Translations under genes and position numbers: made by a program
Source: a virus
Direction: 5' to 3' (one strand)
Length of the DNA: 64,000 nt
IMG/VR virus record: IMGVR_UViG_3300006802_000073
Location: 1 to 64,000 of that record
Part shown: positions 32,049 through 40,237 of the stretch, one piece after another
How the letters are laid out: the number at the start of each line of letters is the position of its first letter
How positions within the stretch are numbered: position 1 is the first letter of the stretch
The notes under the pieces: model-generated
Database searches by the model: none
The model's input: the letters and a program-made list of their open reading frames with translations, nothing else
Told to the model about the DNA's origin: nothing

Positions 32049-32082
32049 GTTACGATCCTCGCAAATACAAAGTTATTAAAAA

Positions 32083-32286
32083 TCATATTTCTGCCATTTC
32101 AATGGGTCCAATACAAGTTCCTTTTATAAATTTAGCCCCCATACTTTCCAACATTTTGTGATTTTCCTTCAATTGAATTACACATTCTATTTCCTGGTTT
32201 GTTTTTATCTTAGACATATAAAAATTACAAGATTTTTTATCTTCCATTAAACATATAAAAAAAAGTTGAATGAAAAATATATCCAT
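32083..32286 (-). CDS. small Cys-containing hypothetical protein
   Basis: 67 aa ORF abutting the spanin stop. Confidence 0.45.
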   Translation of the reverse strand: MDIFFIQLFFICLMEDKKSCNFYMSKIKTNQEIECVIQLKENHKMLESMGAKFIKGTCIGPIEMAEI

Positions 32287-32876
32287 TATTTCACACTTTC
32301 AAAAATTTTCTTTTGTTCGTTATACCAGGTTTGCCAAGCAATTACTTGTTCTCTGGTTTGGTAATAGATGGAGTAGTTGTCGTTGATTGTTTTGAGGAGT
32401 TCACTGATTTTAACATCGGAGGCACCTTCATCAGTTCCTGTGGTACTTCGGGCCACTTCATTTTGACTGGCGCTGTTATGCACCCCGATAGCAGCATTAG
32501 ACAAAGTACACATGTTATCATATTTAGTAACAACCTTCTCAATATATTTAACATTATCTTTACCTTTTTCTTTAATAATTTGTACTCTATCAACATATAC
32601 TGTTTTTATTCTTTCATTAACTTCCTTTGATTTTCCCTCTGCTTCCTTTATCTTTTCGTTGAAAGCGGCTACTGCTTTAAGATAATTGGAAGTACCATTT
32701 AAATTTCCCTCTAGATATACTCCAGCAAGAAATAAAATGTAAAATAATGGTGCTGCAAATTTTGCAATATAAGAAAATCTTTTTACAAATTTAATTATTA
32801 TAGATCCAACTAATCCTATTATAAACAATATATGAACTAAATAGGATATGTTATTTAACAAAAACCATTCAAACAT
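32286..32876 (-). CDS. Rz-like inner-membrane spanin
   Basis: N-terminal TMs, coiled coil, YVDRVQII..C.LSNAAIGVHNSA; embedded lipoprotein ORF. Confidence 0.75.
   Translation of the reverse strand: MFEWFLLNNISYLVHILFIIGLVGSIIIKFVKRFSYIAKFAAPLFYILFLAGVYLEGNLNGTSNYLKAVAAFNEKIKEAEGKSKEVNERIKTVYVDRVQIIKEKGKDNVKYIEKVVTKYDNMCTLSNAAIGVHNSASQNEVARSTTGTDEGASDVKISELLKTINDNYSIYYQTREQVIAWQTWYNEQKKIFESVK
32342..32554 (-). CDS. Rz1-like outer-membrane spanin embedded out of frame in Rz
   Basis: MLNILRRLLL...LLSGC lipobox followed by a Pro-rich mature region. Confidence 0.7.
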   Translation of the reverse strand: MLNILRRLLLNMITCVLCLMLLSGCITAPVKMKWPEVPQELMKVPPMLKSVNSSKQSTTTTPSITKPENK

Positions 32877-33531
32877 TTTTCTCTTCTCTATAAAGATTTC
32901 GATAATATAATAAACTTTTTACAAAATTATCACGTTTCTCAATAAAGATCTGTGGAATATCATCTTCAACCGCTATAATGATAACAATTTTCTGTATAGG
33001 TATTCCAGTCATTTCTTCATACATAATAGCATATGCAGAACATTGCATGAAATAGTTTTCTATATTAGATTTTTCTTTAGTTTTTGACGATGTTTTAAAA
33101 TCGATTACACTTAATCTATTCTCATGTTCTGCAATACAGTCAACAGTACCCGCAACTTTTAAATGTCTAGAAAATAAACGTTGCTCTAAACAATGTATAT
33201 TATTTATATCATCTAACAATGGCTGTATACTGTTAAATAATTCTTGTTGTCTAAATGATACAAATGGTACAGTGCGATTACTTAAATAATGTTCTACATT
33301 TTCATGTAATATAGTTCCTCTTTTAGCTGCCTGTGATGCTATCTTATTAGCATATTCTTCACCCACTCTAGACTTCCATTCAGTGATGTACTTTTGATTA
33401 TAAAGACTTAATACTGTAGTGATAGAGGGAAATTTTTCTCCCTCTATCGTTTCATAAAATCTACCTGTATCCGTATTAATTTGATTCAATAACGGCAGAT
33501 TCAAGTTATTTACATGATTAAAATGTTGCAT
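32869..33531 (-). CDS. PD-(D/E)XK exonuclease
   Basis: PSITTVL, RGT..H, AGTVDCIA, IDFKTS, Q..AYA. Confidence 0.85.
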   Translation of the reverse strand: MQHFNHVNNLNLPLLNQINTDTGRFYETIEGEKFPSITTVLSLYNQKYITEWKSRVGEEYANKIASQAAKRGTILHENVEHYLSNRTVPFVSFRQQELFNSIQPLLDDINNIHCLEQRLFSRHLKVAGTVDCIAEHENRLSVIDFKTSSKTKEKSNIENYFMQCSAYAIMYEEMTGIPIQKIVIIIAVEDDIPQIFIEKRDNFVKSLLYYRNLYREEKNV

Positions 33532-33533
33532 AA

Positions 33534-34271
33534 TTAAGTTTGTTTTTCCTCATATTGTAATCTAGCTAATATATATTCTTTCACTAAATCAGATCTAACT
33601 ATTTCATCAACAGAAAACTCTATCATCTTAAATGAAGATATTAATTTAGCTATAGCTAAGAATTTCTTCAAACCTGAAAGATCACTTTTCTTACAAAGAT
33701 CTGTCTGTCTAAAGTCTCCACAAAAAATTATTTTAGAATTTTTACCTACACGAGTCATGATTGTATTAAATTCAGAATCGTTTAGATTTTGTGCTTCATC
33801 AACAATAATAATACTATTATCTAATGTAACTCCTCTAATAAAAGAAGTAATAATAAATTCTGCTATATTTTGTTCTTGTAATCGTTGGAATGCATCTTTG
33901 CGATTGAATAAATCAGTACATATATCTATATATGGTCTTTTGTATACCTCAACTTTTTCTGATTCATCACCGGGTAAATGACCTATCTCTCTCGCCTGTA
34001 CTGCAGATCTAACAATAATTACTTTTTTAAATGAGTTACCTTTATCTAGTACTTCTTCAAGGGCTTTATATAACGCTATATATGTTTTTCCTGTTCCCGC
34101 TACTCCATGTAACATTATAGCTTTTTCTTGATTTTTATAATACTCAAAAAATTTCTTTTGATTTGTAGTAAGAGGATTGATAATTTTTAAACTATCAATT
34201 GTTACTGTTAATCTATTGTGAGCTAATGTTAATCTTGGTTTTTTTTCTAGTTTCTCTGCTCTTTTTGTCAT
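33534..34271 (-). CDS. phoH: PhoH-family ATPase
   Basis: GVAGTGKT, IGHLPG, RGVTLD, DEAQN, TRVG, GD.RQ.D. Confidence 0.9.
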   Translation of the reverse strand: MTKRAEKLEKKPRLTLAHNRLTVTIDSLKIINPLTTNQKKFFEYYKNQEKAIMLHGVAGTGKTYIALYKALEEVLDKGNSFKKVIIVRSAVQAREIGHLPGDESEKVEVYKRPYIDICTDLFNRKDAFQRLQEQNIAEFIITSFIRGVTLDNSIIIVDEAQNLNDSEFNTIMTRVGKNSKIIFCGDFRQTDLCKKSDLSGLKKFLAIAKLISSFKMIEFSVDEIVRSDLVKEYILARLQYEEKQT

Positions 34272-34287
34272 TACAGCCCTCGAAAGT

Positions 34288-34318
34288 AAAAAAGGATAGG
34301 CTGAATCAGCCTATCCTT
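34288..34318 (-). terminator. intrinsic terminator upstream of phoH
   Basis: AAGGATAGGCTGA/TCAGCCTATCCTT stem plus T run on the minus strand. Confidence 0.75.
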
Positions 34319-34351
34319 ATGTTGTTTAACTGCAAAGGGTGGAAAGAGAAA

Positions 34352-34612
34352 TCATCGTGATAGTTTATCTCGCATATTACTCTTTGGAACTTTTTCAGCT
34401 ATTTTTGATAATACCTCCCTAAATCCATCATCATGAGTTCTTAACCCTAAACGAACTGAATCGCCTAAAGCAGGAGCTCCAATCTGTCTCTTGATTGTCT
34501 TTTGTTCACATTTCTCACAAGATTCATTCTCAGGATCATCCCGAGTAGAAATATTACTAATACGTGTAAAAGAATTATCACATGTACTGCATCTGTAATC
34601 GTAAAGTGGCAT
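34352..34612 (-). CDS. FmdB-family zinc-ribbon protein
   Basis: MPLYDYRCSTC...CEKC. Confidence 0.8.
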   Translation of the reverse strand: MPLYDYRCSTCDNSFTRISNISTRDDPENESCEKCEQKTIKRQIGAPALGDSVRLGLRTHDDGFREVLSKIAEKVPKSNMRDKLSR

Positions 34613-34614
34613 AA

Positions 34615-35172
34615 TTATATTGTAGTTAGTTGATTAAACCAAATAGGCTTTGAACGATTCTTCCATTTCGCAAACCCATTCTTGGCACCTATATAATAAT
34701 TTCTATATGATGCAATAGAATTACCATATACTTTATATTTATCAGGCATCGCAGGTGGAGGCTCAATAAATTCTTTATCAGAAATATTTCTCGGAATATT
34801 AATTGTAAGAGTATTCAATAATCCAGATCTCTCTACTTTATGAATCTTTTCATAGCGAAAAGTATATTCTTTACATACTGCACACAACAAATCTATTAAC
34901 CAATTATAATTGTTCACTGATTGCCTTACCCATATAGCAGATGGATGATTAATATGTGTAGCTTTGTATAAAGAAGAATCTAATAGCTGATCTTCTAATT
35001 TCCATATCTTGACTTTTCTATTATTTCTTTCTTCAATTATTTGTTGCCCATCTAAAACACGATGAGCAGTAGATAGCAGTTGTGCATATTCTAAAATCAT
35101 CTTCACTACATGTTTATCTAGATGCATTCTAGCACATTCTTCATGATCTTTACTTAAATAAAATATATTCAT
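34615..35172 (-). CDS. pyrimidine-dimer DNA glycosylase-like protein
   Basis: MNIFYL...DKHVVKMILEYAQLLSTAH, THINHPSAIW, AMPD.YK. Confidence 0.75.
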   Translation of the reverse strand: MNIFYLSKDHEECARMHLDKHVVKMILEYAQLLSTAHRVLDGQQIIEERNNRKVKIWKLEDQLLDSSLYKATHINHPSAIWVRQSVNNYNWLIDLLCAVCKEYTFRYEKIHKVERSGLLNTLTINIPRNISDKEFIEPPPAMPDKYKVYGNSIASYRNYYIGAKNGFAKWKNRSKPIWFNQLTTI

Positions 35173-35432
35173 GTCCGCTCTACAGTTTCTAAAATTTTTT
35201 TGCACATATCTTGTTCTTCAACAGAGAAGAAAGCAAAATTTATTCTCGCCATATTGAGACAATTAATAACATGTAAAGGTTCTACAAAAGGTAGACTTCG
35301 TTTCGTTACTTTACCCTTAATAGATGAAAACATATTAACTGCTTTTAAAGTTAATTCTATTTCTTTATCTGTAAAAAGAGATAACTTAAAGGTATATGGT
35401 TTTTCTTTAAGTTTATATATTTTTGCATTCAT
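35169..35432 (-). CDS. hypothetical protein
   Basis: Coupled ORF in the operon. Confidence 0.5.
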   Translation of the reverse strand: MNAKIYKLKEKPYTFKLSLFTDKEIELTLKAVNMFSSIKGKVTKRSLPFVEPLHVINCLNMARINFAFFSVEEQDMCKKILETVERT

Positions 35433-35716
35433 AATACATAATAATTAAACAACCCCGATAAGTATATCACACCTAAAAAGATACTTACAATAACAAGACT
35501 AGCCTTTTTCCATATTATACCAATAATTATCCAACCAGTATTACCTAAAAAAGCAACCCAGATATTGGCAGGAAAAATATTATAACTTGTCAATATTACA
35601 CCCAAAATCAAAAATATAGTACTGACCCATTCAATAACTTTTTCATTAAAAATTTTCTTCTCCAATCCATGCATAGGTTTCTTCAAAAATACTTTTCTCA
35701 CATGAATAAAATTCAC
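35429..35716 (-). CDS. small membrane protein (true start may be the internal MHGLE)
   Basis: Three hydrophobic segments. Confidence 0.55.
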   Translation of the reverse strand: MNFIHVRKVFLKKPMHGLEKKIFNEKVIEWVSTIFLILGVILTSYNIFPANIWVAFLGNTGWIIIGIIWKKASLVIVSIFLGVIYLSGLFNYYVL

Positions 35717-35876
35717 CCCTCACACCTTTAATCAAATAATCACCCGCAGAACCTTTCATTAAACCCTCTAGAGTATTTACAACAAAATCTTCACTCATTT
35801 GTACTGCATGAACTACAATCGGTTTCTTTCTACAGGGTTTCATAGTTTCAATAAAATCATTATTAATCACTCTCAT
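35646..35876 (-). CDS. conserved phage protein (PGDYG-like)
   Basis: RKKPIVVHAVQ..TLEG..GDYLIKGVRGEFYSC...FEETY. Confidence 0.65.
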   Translation of the reverse strand: MRVINNDFIETMKPCRKKPIVVHAVQMSEDFVVNTLEGLMKGSAGDYLIKGVRGEFYSCEKSIFEETYAWIGEENF

Positions 35877-35878
35877 TT

Positions 35879-36649
35879 CTATACCTCCAATAATTGATAT
35901 GTATATCCCAGTTCAAATACTTCATATTGCCAGTATCCTCGAGGATTACAGACAACCCTAGTCCCTCCAATCATATAATCAAACGGTGCATGAGTATGAC
36001 CATGAGTCCAAAGTTTAATTTGTGGATTGTCAAGAATCAATTCACTAAGATCAGAACAATAGGCACCATTAATCAAATGTTGATCAGCATACTGAGGTTT
36101 TACACTAAGTGTAGATGGTGCATGATGACCAACCACAACTACTTTGTCACTTTGATGCTCAGATAGAGACTTCTTCAAAAAATCAATTGTCCTTTGATGC
36201 TCTAGTAATGTATCCTCTGGAAGAAGGCGGCGATAGTTTTCTTTGGCAACTCTAATAATTTGGTAATCATTCATTGATTGCCGACACTGCCACATTGTAA
36301 TAGAATCTTTATTATTATAATCTGTCCACAATGTACCACCCATAAACACTACATCATCTATCTTTTTAATCTGCTTTTCGAGTATGTGGATGTTGGAAAA
36401 CTTTGCTAGTGATTCACGTAGAATATTTTCTGTTTTATCAAATTTACCATTATAATGCTCATGGTTGCCCATGATATAGATGATATCTGGAAACTCTGCT
36501 GCAATACGTCGGAAGAATTCTTCGAACTGAGACATCTTTCCAGCAATACAAATATCACCACCGAGAATAAGTGTGTCAATATTTTCTTTATTCGGAAGAT
36601 CTAGATCTCCAAATTCTAAATGTAAATCTGACACAAGCCCAATCTTCAT
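35879..36649 (-). CDS. calcineurin-like metallophosphoesterase
   Basis: SDLH, GD, GNHE, HHAP and HGHTH motifs. Confidence 0.9.
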   Translation of the reverse strand: MKIGLVSDLHLEFGDLDLPNKENIDTLILGGDICIAGKMSQFEEFFRRIAAEFPDIIYIMGNHEHYNGKFDKTENILRESLAKFSNIHILEKQIKKIDDVVFMGGTLWTDYNNKDSITMWQCRQSMNDYQIIRVAKENYRRLLPEDTLLEHQRTIDFLKKSLSEHQSDKVVVVGHHAPSTLSVKPQYADQHLINGAYCSDLSELILDNPQIKLWTHGHTHAPFDYMIGGTRVVCNPRGYWQYEVFELGYTYQLLEV

Positions 36650-37941
36650 TTAATGTTTTCCGATGAATCAGCCACTGTTTTATCTTCCCGAATCTCTAGA
36701 AACACAGGAAGAAACAATGACTCTGGTCCGCCATTCTTATCCTGAATCCGAGCATTATATTTAATAGCTACGATTTTACCGACTACATTTTTACGCTTGA
36801 TTGAATCACGATCTGCATCAGTAAATCCAGTACCAACGGATACTCGAATCTTTCCATCTGCAGATTCTAGTACAAGATTACCTAGACGATTAGCATTCTT
36901 GCCGGTACCTTTTTCCCACTCTACGCACTTTAGATCGCACTCTAGTTCACCCTTAAATTTCACTTGATGCTTTGCACGTTTAGCTTCCCAAGGTGCATTT
37001 AGATCTTTAAGAATGATACCTTCTTCACCTCGCTCTAGGTAGGATTGAAAAATTTCTTGAGCTTCATCTAAAGAATTTACTTCATGTGAAGTAACAAGTC
37101 CAACTCGTGGAGTGAATTTTGCGTCTTTAAGAGCTAGATAAAACCGTTTTTTATAGGTAAAGGAAGATTTTTCTTTCTTAAAATCGTCTAAAGGAATAAT
37201 ATCCCAAAGTGTTGCACAAACCAACATGGCTTCTTTTTTGGAGATAGTACCTTTCACTGCTTTATTCAGAATACCATTACCAGTTTTACGATCAAGAATC
37301 CCTGCTGCATCTTTTACCAACAATTCACCATCATATACTACACCTTTACCCGCTTGCAACTGAAATAGTTGTAGAAAATCTTCCTCTAGTTCGCCAAGAA
37401 GATCGATGGGTTTACCATTACGTGAACGAAATTCTACTTTTCCGTCTTTGACGATTGCGTTAAAGCGCATGCCATCCAACTTGTGTTGGACAACGGCTGG
37501 GAATTTGATTTTATCAACTGCCTTCTGGTCGAATCCGGAAGCCAGCATAACTGGGTATTCTGGAATGAGATTCTTCCAAATCTTGTTTGCTGTTGCCTCT
37601 GATACTCCGCAGCGGAGATCTCGTTTAATGATTTTTTCAATGACACAAGCATCACTCTCCTTCAATGAACTAAGTACAAGTTGCAGATGTGAGATTGCAG
37701 CATTACCTGTCAACTCACGACTAGAAAATCGATTCAGCTCCGTCAAAGCCCAATTCAATGTCACGAGTGATTGAGAAGTATATTCCGGAATCTTCCGAAT
37801 ATAAAAATTAATCATCGGATTAAGAGCAAGAAAAAATACTTTCTTTAGATCAGCATCGTCACGATTCTTCCGTAGAATCGCCTCCTTCTCTAGACGAGAA
37901 GATGTTGCTGCAAGTGCTTCCAAAATATCATTGCAGTTCAT
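36646..37941 (-). CDS. gp30: ATP-dependent DNA ligase
   Basis: KLDGMR, DGEL, EGIILK motifs; OB-fold VGTGFTD. Confidence 0.92.
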   Translation of the reverse strand: MNCNDILEALAATSSRLEKEAILRKNRDDADLKKVFFLALNPMINFYIRKIPEYTSQSLVTLNWALTELNRFSSRELTGNAAISHLQLVLSSLKESDACVIEKIIKRDLRCGVSEATANKIWKNLIPEYPVMLASGFDQKAVDKIKFPAVVQHKLDGMRFNAIVKDGKVEFRSRNGKPIDLLGELEEDFLQLFQLQAGKGVVYDGELLVKDAAGILDRKTGNGILNKAVKGTISKKEAMLVCATLWDIIPLDDFKKEKSSFTYKKRFYLALKDAKFTPRVGLVTSHEVNSLDEAQEIFQSYLERGEEGIILKDLNAPWEAKRAKHQVKFKGELECDLKCVEWEKGTGKNANRLGNLVLESADGKIRVSVGTGFTDADRDSIKRKNVVGKIVAIKYNARIQDKNGGPESLFLPVFLEIREDKTVADSSENIK

Positions 37942-38071
37942 TTAGAGCTTCCTTTTGATTGCGATATTTACGCTTATAAACTTTTTTGAGAGAAACTACT
38001 CGTTGCTTATACTTTCCACTTGTCAACAGTTCACGAGCATACGGATCTCGGAGTTTAAAAGTCTTAGCCAT
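37928..38071 (-). CDS. 47 aa basic protein, possibly ArfA-like (not in the ORF track)
   Basis: MAKTFKLRDPYARELLTSGKYKQRVVSLKKVYKRKYRNQKEALNELQ; AGGA RBS. Confidence 0.55.
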   Translation of the reverse strand: MAKTFKLRDPYARELLTSGKYKQRVVSLKKVYKRKYRNQKEALNELQ

Positions 38072-38079
38072 ATTCTTTC

Positions 38080-38268
38080 CTAATTGATTGCGTAATTTTT
38101 AACTTCTTTTTGAGCAAGAGCGACTTGATATTCTTTCTCGCATTCAGCTTCTGCCTCAGCCAGAATTACAAAGGCGAAGTTCTCACAAAATTCCTGAAAC
38201 CATTCCTCCTTCAGGACTTGTTTCGGAGCCTTCGCTGCCTTAATCAACTTCAGAAGTTCTTTGTTCAT
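38080..38268 (-). CDS. small early hypothetical protein
   Basis: Likely start MNKELL. Confidence 0.5.
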   Translation of the reverse strand: MNKELLKLIKAAKAPKQVLKEEWFQEFCENFAFVILAEAEAECEKEYQVALAQKEVKNYAIN

Positions 38269-38300
38269 CTCTAATCCTATGACAGTAACTGAACTAAATG

Positions 38301-38462
38301 TCAAGCCTTATCAGTACGACAGATCATATCTAGATATACCATATCGAACCCAAAGTCAGAACGGAAACGATCCTCTGCTTCGTCTGCACTTTCACACTCA
38401 TATACTGCTTCCATATCTTTACCATCTAAACCAACATAAAAGTAAACGGTATATTCTTTCAC
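38301..38462 (-). CDS. small acidic early protein (53 aa, GTG start, not in the ORF track)
   Basis: MKEYTVYFYVGLDG...; GTGA overlap with the upstream gene; GGAG RBS. Confidence 0.5.
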   Translation of the reverse strand: MKEYTVYFYVGLDGKDMEAVYECESADEAEDRFRSDFGFDMVYLDMICRTDKA

Positions 38463-38620
38463 TTAGACACTCCGCAGGCTACATAAAACTTATCATAATC
38501 GAACCGAGGATTAAACTGAGCACAAGCATTAGCAACCGCAACTGCTGCATTCAATCTACAATCAGGATTCAACATAAGACTTATCTGATATGCCAATTCT
38601 TGATAATGTTTCTTACTCAT
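38459..38620 (-). CDS. small early protein (53 aa, not in the ORF track)
   Basis: MSKKHYQELA...NPRFDYDKFYVACGVSK; promoter and GGAG RBS directly upstream. Confidence 0.7.
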   Translation of the reverse strand: MSKKHYQELAYQISLMLNPDCRLNAAVAVANACAQFNPRFDYDKFYVACGVSK

Positions 38621-38626
38621 TACTTT

Positions 38627-38679
38627 CTCCGTGTCATCAACTTATGCTACTATTATACAGGTTTTACTCTAGATGTCAA
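38627..38679 (-). promoter_or_regulatory. early sigma70 promoter plus conserved leader
   Basis: TTGACA-N16-TATAAT; leader GTTGATGACACGGAG. Confidence 0.75.
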
Positions 38680-38993
38680 GCAGTATTTAAGTGAGGATCG
38701 AGTTCACGTATCAATTCGCGCTCACGAGAATGCGCTGGCTTACGTCCGCGCACAACTTCAACTAAGTCTATAGTGAAGCATTCCACTCCCCAAAAGCGTA
38801 TTGCGTTGCACAAATTCCAATCAAGATTCTCATTCAATGCACGATGAACATGCTTTTGCCAGCGTACTTTTAAACTACGCTTCACTGCTGCACCCTGGCA
38901 TACAGTAATACCAATATAAAATTCTTGAGACAGTATATTGGTGATCTTGTACACTGCGTGCTTTCGATCTTGTCTACGTTTTCTCTTCAGCAT
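38676..38993 (-). CDS. small GIY-YIG nuclease-domain protein
   Basis: VYKITN...FYIGIT...RWQKH...ERELI...LN. Confidence 0.75.
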   Translation of the reverse strand: MLKRKRRQDRKHAVYKITNILSQEFYIGITVCQGAAVKRSLKVRWQKHVHRALNENLDWNLCNAIRFWGVECFTIDLVEVVRGRKPAHSRERELIRELDPHLNTA

Positions 38994-39000
38994 GTAAACC

Positions 39001-39029
39001 ATTATACATGGTTCTACTCTAGATGTCAA
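39001..39029 (-). promoter_or_regulatory. early sigma70 promoter
   Basis: TTGACA-N17-TATAAT, near-identical to the 38652-38679 copy. Confidence 0.8.
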
Positions 39030-39045
39030 GAACTTTTTGCAAAGC

Positions 39046-39249
39046 TAACTCATTGATTTACCAGTACTTTTTTCTCATTAAAAATCAATGAGTTATGATA
39101 TACCTATCTATTAGAATTCTGACGTTCCGAGGGTCAGGGGAAATTCTGAAACCTCCCTCTAGCGCCCAAAAATTACTTAACTCATTGATTTACCAGTACT
39201 TTTTGGTTCTGTGGAGGTATTGAAAAAATGCTTAAGAATCAAAGAGTTA
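39046..39249. promoter_or_regulatory. four IHF-consensus boxes in two inverted pairs, with a ~27-bp direct repeat
   Basis: WATCAANNNNTTR at 39046-58(-), 39083-95(+), 39178-90(-) and 39237-49(+); TAACTCATTGATTTACCAGTACTTTTT occurs twice. Confidence 0.65.
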
Positions 39250-39444
39250 CTAGAATAGATCTGTATAGGGATGGATTCGAATCTCGATCTGTTTGCCGGG
39301 ATGCATATGTCGATTAACTGCTCGAATCTTTTCTACTGGTACAGATTCTGGAGTTCTCCATACGCCGATGATGCGAGATTTCTGAGCACGATTGAGAGAA
39401 TCATGTAGTTCGACTTCTACTATGTATCGAGTATCCCATTTCAT
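39250..39444 (-). CDS. hypothetical protein
   Basis: 64 aa ORF with ATGA coupling. Confidence 0.5.
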   Translation of the reverse strand: MKWDTRYIVEVELHDSLNRAQKSRIIGVWRTPESVPVEKIRAVNRHMHPGKQIEIRIHPYTDLF

Positions 39445-39713
39445 TCTGCTGTAGTCCCGGTAGTGAGAATATTTTCGTATAGTAGCTCGAACTCCTGATG
39501 TTCTTCTTGTTCCTGAGTATAATTCTGCTTATGATAAACCTTTGCCATTCGTCGAAAAGTTTTCTTAGGAATTTCATACTTTTCAGCTACATTAGCAATA
39601 GTTTCTTTAATGAGATCTCGTTCTGCCTCAATCCGTGTTAGTGAACCCGAGATCTCACGTAATGCGTTCTTGATTACATTTTTATCTGCTGGATTAGAAA
39701 GAAATTTGCTCAT
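39441..39713 (-). CDS. dsDNA-binding protein (T4 DsbA/GapR-like)
   Basis: IKNALREIS.SLTRIEAERDLIKE...IPKK.FRRMAKVYHKQ; next to rnh as in T4. Confidence 0.7.
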   Translation of the reverse strand: MSKFLSNPADKNVIKNALREISGSLTRIEAERDLIKETIANVAEKYEIPKKTFRRMAKVYHKQNYTQEQEEHQEFELLYENILTTGTTAE

Positions 39714-39727
39714 ATAAATCTCCATAA

Positions 39728-40237
39728 TTAAGTATTAACTTTTTTAGGACGGCCACGTCCACGTTTTACAGGTTGAATTGTTTCAACAATCTGTTCTTCT
39801 GGTTTCTTTTCTATTTTAGGCAATAGATTGGGATATGTTTTACGAACTAGATCTTCAGTCATTGTTTTATACAATGTTGATAGTTGTTTATCTTTCATTG
39901 CACAGAGGATATCGGCTTCTTTCCAATGTACACTTTCTAACATCTCAATAAATAAAGATTCTAGTTTAACTTTAGAAAGATTTGAGGGATTTAACCAGAT
40001 GTAAAATTTACGTGCTTCTTTGTAAAGATTGGTGGGGCTATATCCCATTGGAGTATCTTTATCTACTTTAAATGGTGGTTTACCTTCAGGCAAGCGCATC
40101 TTTGTGTCTGGATTAAAGCAGATTCCTAGCACTGTTTGCAGTACTGGGCTATCATTAGTTAGAAGAATTTTGATACGTTCTTCTTCACTTTTAGCAGTTT
40201 CAACTTTCTCAAAAATTTCTGGTAGTAATAGTCTCAT
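39728..40237 (-). CDS. conserved T4-like hypothetical protein with a C-terminal AT-hook-like RGRP
   Basis: LPEGKPPF, LYKEARKFY, FIEMLE.VH..EA, KRGRGRPKK. Confidence 0.7.
   Translation of the reverse strand: MRLLLPEIFEKVETAKSEEERIKILLTNDSPVLQTVLGICFNPDTKMRLPEGKPPFKVDKDTPMGYSPTNLYKEARKFYIWLNPSNLSKVKLESLFIEMLESVHWKEADILCAMKDKQLSTLYKTMTEDLVRKTYPNLLPKIEKKPEEQIVETIQPVKRGRGRPKKVNT

Noticed and set aside
32869-33531. Cas4 or a CRISPR-Cas component
   Set aside because: It lacks the four-Cys Fe-S pattern, has no cas neighbours or array, and is a common T4-like exonuclease.
38261-38773. 170 aa plus-strand ORF
   Set aside because: It overlaps minus-strand small genes that have a promoter, RBS and translational coupling.
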